Positions 19,955 through 28,432 of a stretch of DNA of 64,000 bases are shown here, one piece after another; within the stretch, counting starts at the first letter, position 1, and every line of letters begins with the position of its first letter. This DNA is from Gammaproteobacteria bacterium (GTDB lineage: Bacteria; Pseudomonadota; Gammaproteobacteria; Xanthomonadales; Wenzhouxiangellaceae): assembly GCA_003567685.1 (NCBI GenBank), contig PWYW01000035.1:1503-65502 (forward strand), read 5' to 3'. The position numbers and the translations under genes were made by a program. The notes below the pieces were generated by a model. The model was not told the origin of the DNA and ran no database searches. It saw nothing but the letters and a program-made list of their open reading frames with translations.

Positions 19955-20721
19955 TTCACCCCAGCGCTCTGATCGACCCAAAAGCGCGGGTGCACGATTC
20001 CGTCGAGGTTGGCCCGTTCACGGTGATTGGTCCCGACGTTGAACTCGGGCCAGGCTGCCGCATTGGCTCTCATGTTGTGATTACCGGCCAGACCCGAATT
20101 GGCGCCAACACCCGGATCTTTCAGTTTGCCTCGATTGGCGAAGAGCCCCAGGACAAGAAGTTCACCGGCGAAGACTCCGCCCTGGAAATCGGCGAGGGCA
20201 ACACCATTCGCGAGTACGTCACGATCAATCGCGGGACGGGCGACGGCGGCGGCATAACCCGCCTGGGCAACGACAACTGGCTGATGGCCTACTGTCACAT
20301 TGCCCATGACTGCCAGGTGGGCTCGCATAACATCATGGCCAACGGCGCTACGCTGGCCGGCCACGTTATCGTGGGCGACCACGTGATCTTTGCCGGCTAT
20401 TCCGGGGCCCACCAGTTTTGCCGTATCGGCGACCACGCCTTTCTTGGCATGTATGGTGGCGTGGGCCAGGACGTGCCGGCCTACGTCATGGTCTCTGGCC
20501 AGCCGCCACGACCGCGCGGCATCAACAGTGAAGGGTTGAAGCGCCGTGGTTTTTCGCCCGAGCAAATCCGCAACATACGTGAAGCCTACCGGGTGATTTA
20601 CCGCAGCGGCCTCAAGCGCGACGAGGCCCTGACCGAGTTGGACAGTCGGCTCAGCCAGCAACCGGAGCTGGCCCCCATGATCGACTCGGCCCGGGCCAGC
20701 GAACGCGGCCTGCTGCGCTGA
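19951..20721 (+). CDS. lpxA: Acyl-ACP--UDP-N-acetylglucosamine O-acyltransferase
   Basis: [14 protein letters not shown]...hexapeptide repeats...[17 protein letters not shown] overlap with the fabZ stop. Confidence 0.95.
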   Translation: MIHPSALIDPKARVHDSVEVGPFTVIGPDVELGPGCRIGSHVVITGQTRIGANTRIFQFASIGEEPQDKKFTGEDSALEIGEGNTIREYVTINRGTGDGGGITRLGNDNWLMAYCHIAHDCQVGSHNIMANGATLAGHVIVGDHVIFAGYSGAHQFCRIGDHAFLGMYGGVGQDVPAYVMVSGQPPRPRGINSEGLKRRGFSPEQIRNIREAYRVIYRSGLKRDEALTELDSRLSQQPELAPMIDSARASERGLLR

Positions 20722-20755
20722 ACGGCTCACTGACCCGGTGAGCCGAGAGACACCC

Positions 20756-21916
20756 ATGCGCCTGGCACTCAGTGCCGGCGAAACCTCTGGCGATCACATC
20801 GCGGCCGACCTGGCGCGGGCACTGCGCCGCCAGCAGCCCGATATTCAATTGGCCGGACTGGCCGGCCCACGCATGGTCGAGGCAGGCGTCGAGCCCTGGA
20901 TCGACATCGAGCAGCTGCAAGTGATGGGCCTGACCGAGGTGCTTCGTCATCTGCCGCGACTGTTGCGCCTGCGGCGGGATTTTCGCCGGCGCATCCTGGA
21001 CTGGCCAGCCGATGCCTTCATCGGCGTCGATGCGCCCGACTTCAATCTCGGCCTGGCCGCCCAGCTTCGCGGCCAGGGGCCGTTGGCCGTGCACTACGTC
21101 TCGCCCTCGGTGTGGGCCTGGCGCGCCCATCGCATCCGGCGCATCAGCCGCTCGCTCGACCTGCTGCTGACCCTGTTTCCCTTTGAGCCGCCGTTGTATC
21201 AGCCGTACGGTCTGGATACCCGCTTCGTTGGTCATCACCTGGCCGACGAACTGGCCGGCCAGGCCAGACGCTCGCAGTGTCGGCAGGCCTTGGGCGTTGA
21301 CGATAGTAAAGCGCTGATCGTCTTGCTGCCCGGCAGCCGGCCCGGCGAACTCAAGCGGCACGCCGCCGTGCTGGCTGAAACCGCGCGCCGGCTGCGTCAC
21401 GACTATCCCGATGCGCAACTGCGCCTGCTGCTGGCCCAGGCCGACCATAAATCGCTGATGGCATCGCTGGTCGGCAGCGCCCTGGCCGAGTCGGGTGTCG
21501 ACATCGACGTTGGCCAGACCCGCACCGGCCTGGCGGCCGCCGACCTGGCGGTTGCCGCCTCTGGCACCGTCACACTCGAAGCCTTCTTGCTGGGCTGCCC
21601 GCTGGTGGTGTTCTACCACCTGGCGCCCGGCACCTTCTGGCTGGCCCGGCGCCTGAAACTGGTCAAGTCCGAGTTTATTTCCCTGCCCAACATTCTCTGT
21701 CAGGAAGGCCTGGTGCCAGAGCGAATTCAGGACCAGGCCAGCGCCATTCAGCTGGCCCGCGACGCGCGCGATTGGCTGGAGCAGCCCGAGCGCGTTCAGG
21801 CCTATCGCCGCCTGTCGCGCCACTGGGGCGACCAGCTGGCCCAACAGGCAGGCGAGCGCGCGGCCGAGGCCATTCTCGAGCGGCTTTCGAACCGGCTTCC
21901 GTCGGGGGCATCATGA
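20756..21916 (+). CDS. lpxB: Lipid-A-disaccharide synthase
   Basis: [19 protein letters not shown] is the canonical N-terminus, with [10 protein letters not shown] also present. ATG at 20756 is preferred over GTG at 20738. Confidence 0.93.
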   Translation: MRLALSAGETSGDHIAADLARALRRQQPDIQLAGLAGPRMVEAGVEPWIDIEQLQVMGLTEVLRHLPRLLRLRRDFRRRILDWPADAFIGVDAPDFNLGLAAQLRGQGPLAVHYVSPSVWAWRAHRIRRISRSLDLLLTLFPFEPPLYQPYGLDTRFVGHHLADELAGQARRSQCRQALGVDDSKALIVLLPGSRPGELKRHAAVLAETARRLRHDYPDAQLRLLLAQADHKSLMASLVGSALAESGVDIDVGQTRTGLAAADLAVAASGTVTLEAFLLGCPLVVFYHLAPGTFWLARRLKLVKSEFISLPNILCQEGLVPERIQDQASAIQLARDARDWLEQPERVQAYRRLSRHWGDQLAQQAGERAAEAILERLSNRLPSGAS

Positions 21917-22488
21917 CGGATCGAGTTGCCGGCGTTGACGAGGCCGGGCGTGGCCCGCTGGCAGGCCCGGTGGTGGTGGCTGCCGTCATTCTTGACCCAG
22001 GCCGACCCATCAATGGCCTGGCCGATTCCAAGACTCTGAGCGCAAAACGTCGCGAGCTGCTGGCCGAACAGATCCGAGACCAGGCCAGCGCGTTCGCCCT
22101 GGCGGTGATCGAACCGGCCGAGATCGACCGCCTGAATATCCTCCAGGCAACCTTTGAGGGCATGCGCCAGGTCATCGCCGGGCTGACCCCGGCGCCCGAC
22201 CGGGTGTTGATCGACGGCAACCAGATTGTCACATGCGCCTGCCCGGTCGACGCCGTGGTGGGCGGAGACCGCCTGCACCCGGAAATCAGCGCAGCCAGCA
22301 TCCTGGCCAAAACCCACCGCGACGCGCTGATGCTTGAACTGCATAAGCGCTTTCCCGCCTATGGCTTCGATCGCCACAAGGGCTACCCCACCCGCCAGCA
22401 CCTCGATGCCCTGACCCGGCTCGGGCCCTGCCCGGCGCACCGTCAAAGTTTCTCGCCTGTTCGACAGATGACGCTGTTTCAGCGCTGA
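21913..22488 (+). CDS. rnhB: Ribonuclease HII
   Basis: [32 protein letters not shown] and [12 protein letters not shown] motifs. ATGA overlap with the lpxB stop. The track start at 21772 is an extension. Confidence 0.95.
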   Translation: MTDRVAGVDEAGRGPLAGPVVVAAVILDPGRPINGLADSKTLSAKRRELLAEQIRDQASAFALAVIEPAEIDRLNILQATFEGMRQVIAGLTPAPDRVLIDGNQIVTCACPVDAVVGGDRLHPEISAASILAKTHRDALMLELHKRFPAYGFDRHKGYPTRQHLDALTRLGPCPAHRQSFSPVRQMTLFQR

Positions 22489-22617
22489 CCAGCCAGCATA
22501 CAGTCCGCAAAACTCCCGCTGATCAGTGATTTGCATTCACAAACCGACGCATGCTAATGTCGGTGAAGGGGCGTGAAAATAAAACAAGATCGCAAAACAA
22601 CGAGGAGAACACGAACC

Positions 22618-23478
22618 ATGTCTAAACTGGTCAAGGCCTTGTGCCTTCTAGTCTTGATGACCACATTCGGGTCCGTATGGGGCGCCACCGGGGTCGCCTT
22701 CGTTCACGGAACCGGCAAACAAACCAACGCCCTGAACGACTACTGGACCACCTCGATGGTCAATTCCGTCCGTCAGGGCCTGCCCAATCAAAACAACTTT
22801 GTCGTCATCAACTGCGACTTCGAACAGTACATGTGGGACTCGCAGGCCGCCGGTTGTCTGGCCGGGCAACTGCACACCTTCATCAACCAGCGTGGCATCA
22901 CCGACCTGGTCGTACTGACCCACTCCAACGGCGGCAACGTCATGCGCTGGATCATGTCCAACCCGACCTGGGACAGCCGCTACCCGCTGATCATCGAACG
23001 CACCCGCTGGGTTAACGCGCTGGCTCCCTCCAGCCTGGGCACCCCGCTGGCCGATGCAGTGATGGCCGGCAATGTCTTCGAGGCCTCGCTCGGCTGGCTG
23101 CTGGGCTATCAAAACGACGCCGTTCGCATGCAACAAACCAGCTGGATGCAGCACTACAACAGCACCTGGCTGCTTGGCACCGCGGGTCGTCCCGGCCTGC
23201 CGCGCGGCTTCTGGAACGTGGTGGGCACCGACGTCCATGCCGCGGTCTGGAACACCGCCTCCTACTGTGGCGGCTACCAGTTCCAGGTAGGACTGGCGGT
23301 TACCCAGTGGTGGCTCAACTCCTGCTCGGATGGTTTCCTGGAATGCTCGAGCCAGAATGGCGCCGGCTTCCTCTGGTTCAACGACGTGCAGCGCACCAAT
23401 CGCGGTCGCTACCTGTCGCACCACCAGAGTCGCCGACAGTGCCACAACCTCGACATCATCCTGCGCAACGATCTGTAA
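22618..23478 (+). CDS. Secreted alpha/beta-hydrolase, lipase/esterase-like
   Basis: Signal peptide MSKLVKALCLLVLMTTFGSVWGA. FVHGTG (oxyanion-type HG) and VLTHSNGG (x-H-S-x-G nucleophile elbow) are present. CSDGF and SHH later in the protein are candidate Asp/His. GAGGAG RBS upstream. Confidence 0.5.
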   Translation: MSKLVKALCLLVLMTTFGSVWGATGVAFVHGTGKQTNALNDYWTTSMVNSVRQGLPNQNNFVVINCDFEQYMWDSQAAGCLAGQLHTFINQRGITDLVVLTHSNGGNVMRWIMSNPTWDSRYPLIIERTRWVNALAPSSLGTPLADAVMAGNVFEASLGWLLGYQNDAVRMQQTSWMQHYNSTWLLGTAGRPGLPRGFWNVVGTDVHAAVWNTASYCGGYQFQVGLAVTQWWLNSCSDGFLECSSQNGAGFLWFNDVQRTNRGRYLSHHQSRRQCHNLDIILRNDL

Positions 23479-23490
23479 TCCGGAGGCCTC

Positions 23491-24762
23491 ATGAATTCCA
23501 AGAAAACGCTACTCTCATCCCTGCCGGTTGCAGCCTTCCTGCTGGGCGCCAATCTGGCGGTTGCCGACGTTACCTGGCTCGACGTCCAGACCAGCGATCT
23601 GCGCGTTGGCAGCCTCGAGCAAAACACCCGCGCCATCCCGGCCAGCCTGCACCATGAAACCGCCAGCCTGAACTTCTCATGGACGCCTGAGCAAGCATCG
23701 GCCGGTCGTGTACCCGCCGCAGGTCCCAGCGAAACCGGCCACCAGGGCGCCGTTGCCGAAAGCCGCAGCTACTGGCTGGACGTGCGCGGTGACGACATGG
23801 CTCAGGGGATCACGTTGCCACTGAGCGCCCCTGGCGCAGTCATTCGCATCTCGGCCCTGGACGCGTCCAGCCGGGTTCGCCTAAGCGCAGACCAGCTGAA
23901 CCTGAGCCTGAACGGTCGCAACGTCCGGGCCGATTTCGGGCCGGAGCAGATCAGCACCGGCCAGGACCTGCGCGCCCAGGGCATGTCGGTCCCGGAAAGC
24001 ACCCTGGCCTTTCGCCTGCCCGAGCGCAGCGCGGCCGGGGTTCTGGACGTATCGCTTCCCGGCCTTCCTGCCGACCAGGCGCTGGTGGTGCATGTCTACG
24101 AGCCCAACAGCCCGGTGGTTGCTCGCCTGTCGATGCCGCGCAGCAATTTGCTCAGCGGCGAACGGGTGAGCTTTGAACTGGACATGGGTCAGGGTCGCCA
24201 GGCCGCCACGGTTCGCCAGGTTCAGGCCGTCTTGAGCAGCCCGGACGCCACGGAGAGCTGGCCAATCCAGATGGGCCGTGCCAACGAACTGGTTCTGGAA
24301 GCCGCCCCCGTGGCCAGCCGGGCCCAACCAGGCCAGGGCCTCTACGAGGCGCACGTTTATCTGGAAGCCGACTTCCGCGGCCAGACGATCAAGCGAGACC
24401 TGACGCTGGCCTTCAACATTGCCCCGGCCACGGCCCGCTTCAGTGGCGAGGCCAGCCGCAACCATCGCTCAGCCGGCCTGGCGCTGGATCTGGGCGTGGA
24501 AACCGCCGTCAGCGGCCGCTACCAGGTCAATGCCGAAATCCTGGGCACCAATGCCCGCGGCGAGCTGGAAGTACTGGGCTATGTCCAATCAGCCGCCGTC
24601 CTGGATGCTGGACGTGGGGCGATCAGCCTGGAAATGGCGCCGGATGCGGTACGCAACAGCGGCTTGTCCGCACCGTTTGAAGTGCACAATCTGCAGCTGC
24701 TGGACCAGGGGCGCATGTCTCTGCTCGAGCATCGCGGACAAGCGCTTCGCGTCAGCCAATAA
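23491..24762 (+). CDS. Secreted hypothetical protein (423 aa, beta-rich; family not recognised with confidence)
   Basis: Signal peptide MNSKKTLLSSLPVAAFLLGANLAVA. It lies 12 nt after the preceding gene. The codon usage looks coding. A strong terminator follows. Confidence 0.6.
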   Translation: MNSKKTLLSSLPVAAFLLGANLAVADVTWLDVQTSDLRVGSLEQNTRAIPASLHHETASLNFSWTPEQASAGRVPAAGPSETGHQGAVAESRSYWLDVRGDDMAQGITLPLSAPGAVIRISALDASSRVRLSADQLNLSLNGRNVRADFGPEQISTGQDLRAQGMSVPESTLAFRLPERSAAGVLDVSLPGLPADQALVVHVYEPNSPVVARLSMPRSNLLSGERVSFELDMGQGRQAATVRQVQAVLSSPDATESWPIQMGRANELVLEAAPVASRAQPGQGLYEAHVYLEADFRGQTIKRDLTLAFNIAPATARFSGEASRNHRSAGLALDLGVETAVSGRYQVNAEILGTNARGELEVLGYVQSAAVLDAGRGAISLEMAPDAVRNSGLSAPFEVHNLQLLDQGRMSLLEHRGQALRVSQ

Positions 24763-24784
24763 GGCGCGGGCAAGTTCCTTAAGC

Positions 24785-24820
24785 ACAAAAAAGGCGGCCA
24801 CTGGCCGCCTTTTTCTTTTC
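24785..24820. terminator. Bidirectional Rho-independent terminator between convergent genes
   Basis: CACAAAAAA-GGCGGCC-act-GGCCGCC-TTTTTCTTTTC. The A-tract and T-tract flank a GC stem. Confidence 0.75.
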
Positions 24821-24894
24821 CTGATTACGCTGATAACTCAGCTCGGGAATTTGGTGCCTGTCGATGGCCCCGAGCATCCGGCGGCGCCTGCGGT

Positions 24895-25179
24895 TTAGCC
24901 GGTTGAAAATCTGTCGCTGGCCGAGTCGATGGGCTGATCTTCAATACAATTCAGGCTAGTCACCCTGGCCAGCATAGGCCCCTTTTCCAGCCATGATTCA
25001 AGCGCGGCCAGCGCGTCGGCCTCACCTTCGGCCAGAACTTCCACGCGCCCATCCTCAAGATTGATCGCGTGGCCACCCAGCCCAAGCCTTTCGGCCTCCT
25101 TGCGAGTCGAAGCGCGGAACCACACGCCTTGTACCTTGCCGGCAACGAGCCAACGACGGCGTTCAGCCATTGTCAGCAA
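24895..25179 (-). CDS. acyP: Acylphosphatase
   Basis: 94 aa. GKVQGVWFRASTRKEAERLGLGGHAINLEDGRVEVLAEGE is the classic acylphosphatase motif. Confidence 0.9.
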   Translation of the reverse strand: MLTMAERRRWLVAGKVQGVWFRASTRKEAERLGLGGHAINLEDGRVEVLAEGEADALAALESWLEKGPMLARVTSLNCIEDQPIDSASDRFSTG

Positions 25180-25618
25180 TCCATTCCCGAATCATGTCAC
25201 CGGTGACCGGACCAATCCAGGTATGCACGTTCTCGCCCTGACCATTGACCAGGTGAGTGGTTGGCAAGGCGCGCGGCGCGCCAAACGCCTCGGGCGGGTC
25301 GTAGACATCAACCAGCAAGATCGGGTAGCTGGCAGGGTAGCTCTGCAAAAAGCGCTCGAAGGCCTCAATTTCGTTATCTTCGAACGCCAGGCCCAGCACC
25401 GTGATATCGCCCTCGCTGTCATGCAGTTGGGAGAGATCCGGAATTTCCTTGCGACAGGGCGCGCACCAGGTGGCCCAGTAGTTCACCACCACCCATTCAC
25501 CGCGATAATCGCTCAGCCGGTGCAGTTCTCCATCCAGGCCAGTCAGCGAAAAATCCAGCTCGCTGGCAAGCAGGTTGCTGCAAAACACGATCAGCAACGC
25601 CAAAATTGTCGGTTTCAT
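25163..25618 (-). CDS. TlpA-family thiol:disulfide oxidoreductase (thioredoxin fold)
   Basis: Signal/anchor MKPTILALLIVFCSNLLA and WATWCAPCRKEIP (CxxC). ATGA overlap with the yihY stop. The track start at 25669 is an extension. Confidence 0.8.
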   Translation of the reverse strand: MKPTILALLIVFCSNLLASELDFSLTGLDGELHRLSDYRGEWVVVNYWATWCAPCRKEIPDLSQLHDSEGDITVLGLAFEDNEIEAFERFLQSYPASYPILLVDVYDPPEAFGAPRALPTTHLVNGQGENVHTWIGPVTGDMIREWIADNG

Positions 25619-26955
25619 ACGCCCTCCTCTGGGGCAAATTGCAGAACGGATTTGACCGAGCGACTCCACAAGGGTTCGGACCGACGATCGATTGGTTTCA
25701 GCGCTTCCAGCAGGGACCGATCCCAGTGACTATCGACCGGCAATGAACTCAGTTCACCCAACGGCAGGATGAAAGGACCCGCCCGATAAAGGTCGGCCAT
25801 GCTGATCTCGTCCAGGTCGGATGACAACAGCCAGTCACCATCATCGTCCGGGTGGATGAAGCGCGCGTCATGGAAATACCCGAGCAAGCGCCGCATTTGG
25901 TGGTCACTGGCAGCCGGCTCTCGCTCCAGAAGCTGACCAATCGATAGCGACAGTCCGCGCCGCTGAGCCTGCCAGAAATGGCCCAGGATACGAATTGCCA
26001 ACAGCAACTCCTGGCGTTTGGTCCAACGCCAGCGCACCGGCCGATAATTGAAGGTCGTCAGCGCCGCCGCCACGCTGGCACCCAACAACACAACCACCCA
26101 TGAGACATAGATCCATACCAGGAACAAGGGAATGGTGGCGAGGGCTCCGTACAGTCGTTCATACGTCGGGAAGTTGGTGACATAGAACACGAAACCGCGT
26201 TTGGCCAGTTCAAACAACAGGGCCGACAGAAGCGCACCAACCAGTGCGTGATGCCAACGAACCCGGCGATTCGGAACGACCAGGAACAGCAAGGCGAATC
26301 CAACCCAGGCAACGATAAAGGGCGTCGCGCCCAGCACCAGTTCCTGCAAGGCGCCGCGAACCATCTCCGGTGCCAGCAACGGCAGCGCGGCCAGGTAGGA
26401 CGTCAACACCAGGGAAGCACCCATCAGCAATGGACCCAGCGTGAGCACCGCCCAGTAGGTCACCAGACGGCTGACCGGCCGTCGCTGGCTGGCTACCCGC
26501 CAGATACGGTTAAGGCTTTTCTCGATCGTGCTCATCAGCAGGATGGCCGTGGCAAGCAGAAACGCTGTGCCAGCCCCGGTCAGGCCGGCCGTGCGACCGA
26601 CAAATTCCTGCAGGTATTCCTGAATCTGGTCGCCGGCCGTTGGTACGAAGTTGGTGAAGATATACGCTTCGATTTCTTCGGCCCAGCGATCAAAGACCGG
26701 AAACGCGGAAACCACGCCAAACATGACGGCCATCAGGGGAACCAGGGCCAGCAAGGTGGTGTAGCTGAGTGCACCCGCCGCCTCGAAACTGCGGTCCTCC
26801 CTGAACTGGCGGAACAGATGATGGAAAAAGGCTTTCAGCCAGCGTCGCTCAAGCAAGGCCTGCAATGGTCCAAGCTTGCCCGGAATTGACGGACCGGCGT
26901 TAGACTGGCTGATATTGTTTTCTGGACTTTGTTGTTGTTCCATGACCGTCACCAT
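25615..26955 (-). CDS. yihY: YihY/BrkB (virulence factor BrkB / 'RNase BN'-like) family inner membrane protein
   Basis: FREDRSFEAAGALSYTTLLALVPLMAV plus six hydrophobic helices and a long C-terminal cytoplasmic extension. The start is at 26955 or 26943. Confidence 0.85.
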   Translation of the reverse strand: MVTVMEQQQSPENNISQSNAGPSIPGKLGPLQALLERRWLKAFFHHLFRQFREDRSFEAAGALSYTTLLALVPLMAVMFGVVSAFPVFDRWAEEIEAYIFTNFVPTAGDQIQEYLQEFVGRTAGLTGAGTAFLLATAILLMSTIEKSLNRIWRVASQRRPVSRLVTYWAVLTLGPLLMGASLVLTSYLAALPLLAPEMVRGALQELVLGATPFIVAWVGFALLFLVVPNRRVRWHHALVGALLSALLFELAKRGFVFYVTNFPTYERLYGALATIPLFLVWIYVSWVVVLLGASVAAALTTFNYRPVRWRWTKRQELLLAIRILGHFWQAQRRGLSLSIGQLLEREPAASDHQMRRLLGYFHDARFIHPDDDGDWLLSSDLDEISMADLYRAGPFILPLGELSSLPVDSHWDRSLLEALKPIDRRSEPLWSRSVKSVLQFAPEEGV

Positions 26956-27301
26956 TTACCACAACCCGCGATGTTCAAAAAGTCGCGAAACGCTGGCGCT
27001 GATTGAATCGAAGGGCATCGAACCTGTCATCATCCGCTATCTGGACACCCCTCCGGACAGCACCACGCTCAAGCGTATCATCGAGCAACTGGACGTGCCG
27101 GCCAATGCGCTGGTGCGCAACAAGGAGCCCGAATACGCCAGCAGCGGCCTATCGGCCCGGAGCACGAGTGAGCAGGTTGCCGAGGTACTGGCGAGAACGC
27201 CTAAACTGATGGAGCGTCCCGTTGTCGTCGTGCAGGCGGGTGGCGAAACCCGGGCAGCCATCGGCCGTCCACCGAGCGCAGTCGAAGTCATACTGCCATG
27301 A
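26942..27301 (+). CDS. arsC: Arsenate reductase (glutaredoxin-type) / ArsC family protein
   Basis: MTVTIYHNPRCSKSRETLALIESKGIEPVIIRYLDTPP aligns to E. coli ArsC MSNITIYHNPACGTSRNTLEMIR... (recalled from memory). Confidence 0.85.
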   Translation: MTVTIYHNPRCSKSRETLALIESKGIEPVIIRYLDTPPDSTTLKRIIEQLDVPANALVRNKEPEYASSGLSARSTSEQVAEVLARTPKLMERPVVVVQAGGETRAAIGRPPSAVEVILP

Positions 27302-27903
27302 GCCAGGCGAACACGCACGATATCCTGATCGTGGCCCATTCAGTACATGGCAACACGCTGGCCATGGCCAGGGAAATCTCCCGGGGCGTCGAGCAGGTTG
27401 ACGGCGTACGGGCCCGCCTCCGGTTCGTTGAGCCCATGACTTCTGCGATCGACCCCAAACGAAAAGCACTGCCTGAAGATGGTCCTGCACTGGTCGAGCC
27501 TCGCGACCTCGAAGAATGTGCCGGCCTGATCCTGGGCAGCCCGACGCGCTTCGGCAACATGGCTTCGTCGGTCAAGCACTTTCTCGACGGCACGGCCAGC
27601 GAGTGGTTCTCGGGCACCCTGGCCGGAAAGCCGGCTGCCGTGTTTACCTCGACCGGCTCGATGCATGGCGGTCAGGAATCCACCTTGTTGAGCATGATGA
27701 TTCCTCTTTTGCACCACGGCATGCTGATAGTTGGTCTGCCCTACACCGAGTCGACCCTGTCATCGACACGAACCGGCGGCACCCCATATGGCGCCAGCCA
27801 CTTGGCCGGCAACGATAGCGATCGCCCGCTGGATGACGACGAAAAACGGCTGTGTCGAGCACTTGGCCTGCGCGTAGCCACGATAGCGGCCAAGCTGGCA
27901 TGA
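27298..27903 (+). CDS. wrbA: NAD(P)H:quinone oxidoreductase, type IV (flavodoxin-like, WrbA family)
   Basis: ILIVAHSVHGNTLAMAREI...GSPTRFGNMASSVKHFLD...GGQESTLLSMMIPLLHHGMLIVGLPY. ATGA overlap with arsC. Confidence 0.8.
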   Translation: MSQANTHDILIVAHSVHGNTLAMAREISRGVEQVDGVRARLRFVEPMTSAIDPKRKALPEDGPALVEPRDLEECAGLILGSPTRFGNMASSVKHFLDGTASEWFSGTLAGKPAAVFTSTGSMHGGQESTLLSMMIPLLHHGMLIVGLPYTESTLSSTRTGGTPYGASHLAGNDSDRPLDDDEKRLCRALGLRVATIAAKLA

Positions 27904-28259
27904 CCGCCTGGATCAAGCTGGCCTGGTGTCGCTGGAGCCTGATCGGCCTGTTACTGCTGCAGCCGATCTGGTACCTGTTCATCAACCCGCCAAACGTCTG
28001 GCCGATTCCGATCACTCTGGTGCTGACAATGACGCCACTGATGTTGTTCCTGCCTGGCGTCTGGCAGTTGCATGGGCGCACACTGGTGATTGCCGGCTGT
28101 CTGCTGCTGATGTATTTCAGCTACGCGGTGATGGAGGTGTATGCCAATCCCGATGCTCGCATCGCCGCCACCCTGCAAATCGTGCTGATCGTAATCTACT
28201 TCACCGCCCTGCCTACCATCCGTCGCCGGCCAAAGCCTGGCGCGCCACCGCCGGGTTAG
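27900..28259 (+). CDS. Small membrane protein, DUF2069-like
   Basis: About 119 aa with 3-4 hydrophobic helices. ATGA overlap with the wrbA stop. The arsC-wrbA-DUF2069 order is, as I recall it, conserved in pseudomonads. Confidence 0.55.
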   Translation: MTAWIKLAWCRWSLIGLLLLQPIWYLFINPPNVWPIPITLVLTMTPLMLFLPGVWQLHGRTLVIAGCLLLMYFSYAVMEVYANPDARIAATLQIVLIVIYFTALPTIRRRPKPGAPPPG

Positions 28260-28432
28260 TTACCAACACCTTCGTAACCTTGCGGCAAGTCGGGCAACAC
28301 TCGGCGTCATGATGCGGCTGGTGCCACACAAATGCTTTTGGTCGGGCCCCTCAATGGCCTCGATCCATTCTGTGGCCTGTCAGGCGCTCGAGTTACCAAA
28401 GCCGGGGGCTCTTGAAGGCGTTTCCGTTGGGT

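Noticed and set aside
18463-22488. Chain of 4-nt ATGA/GTGA overlaps through skp-lpxD, fabZ-lpxA and lpxB-rnhB.
   Set aside because: This is ordinary translational coupling in this conserved operon and is not unusual.
22527-22537. The 11-mer TGATTTGCATT is shared between the lipase-cassette upstream region (22527-22537) and the Fe-transporter promoter (35484-35494), suggesting a common Fur-like operator.
   Set aside because: My rough estimate is that one or more such 11-mer coincidences among the ~3 kb of AT-richer intergenic DNA are expected by chance. The 22.5-kb copy matches the Fur core at only about 9/13. I kept only the 35.48-kb site as a low-confidence feature.
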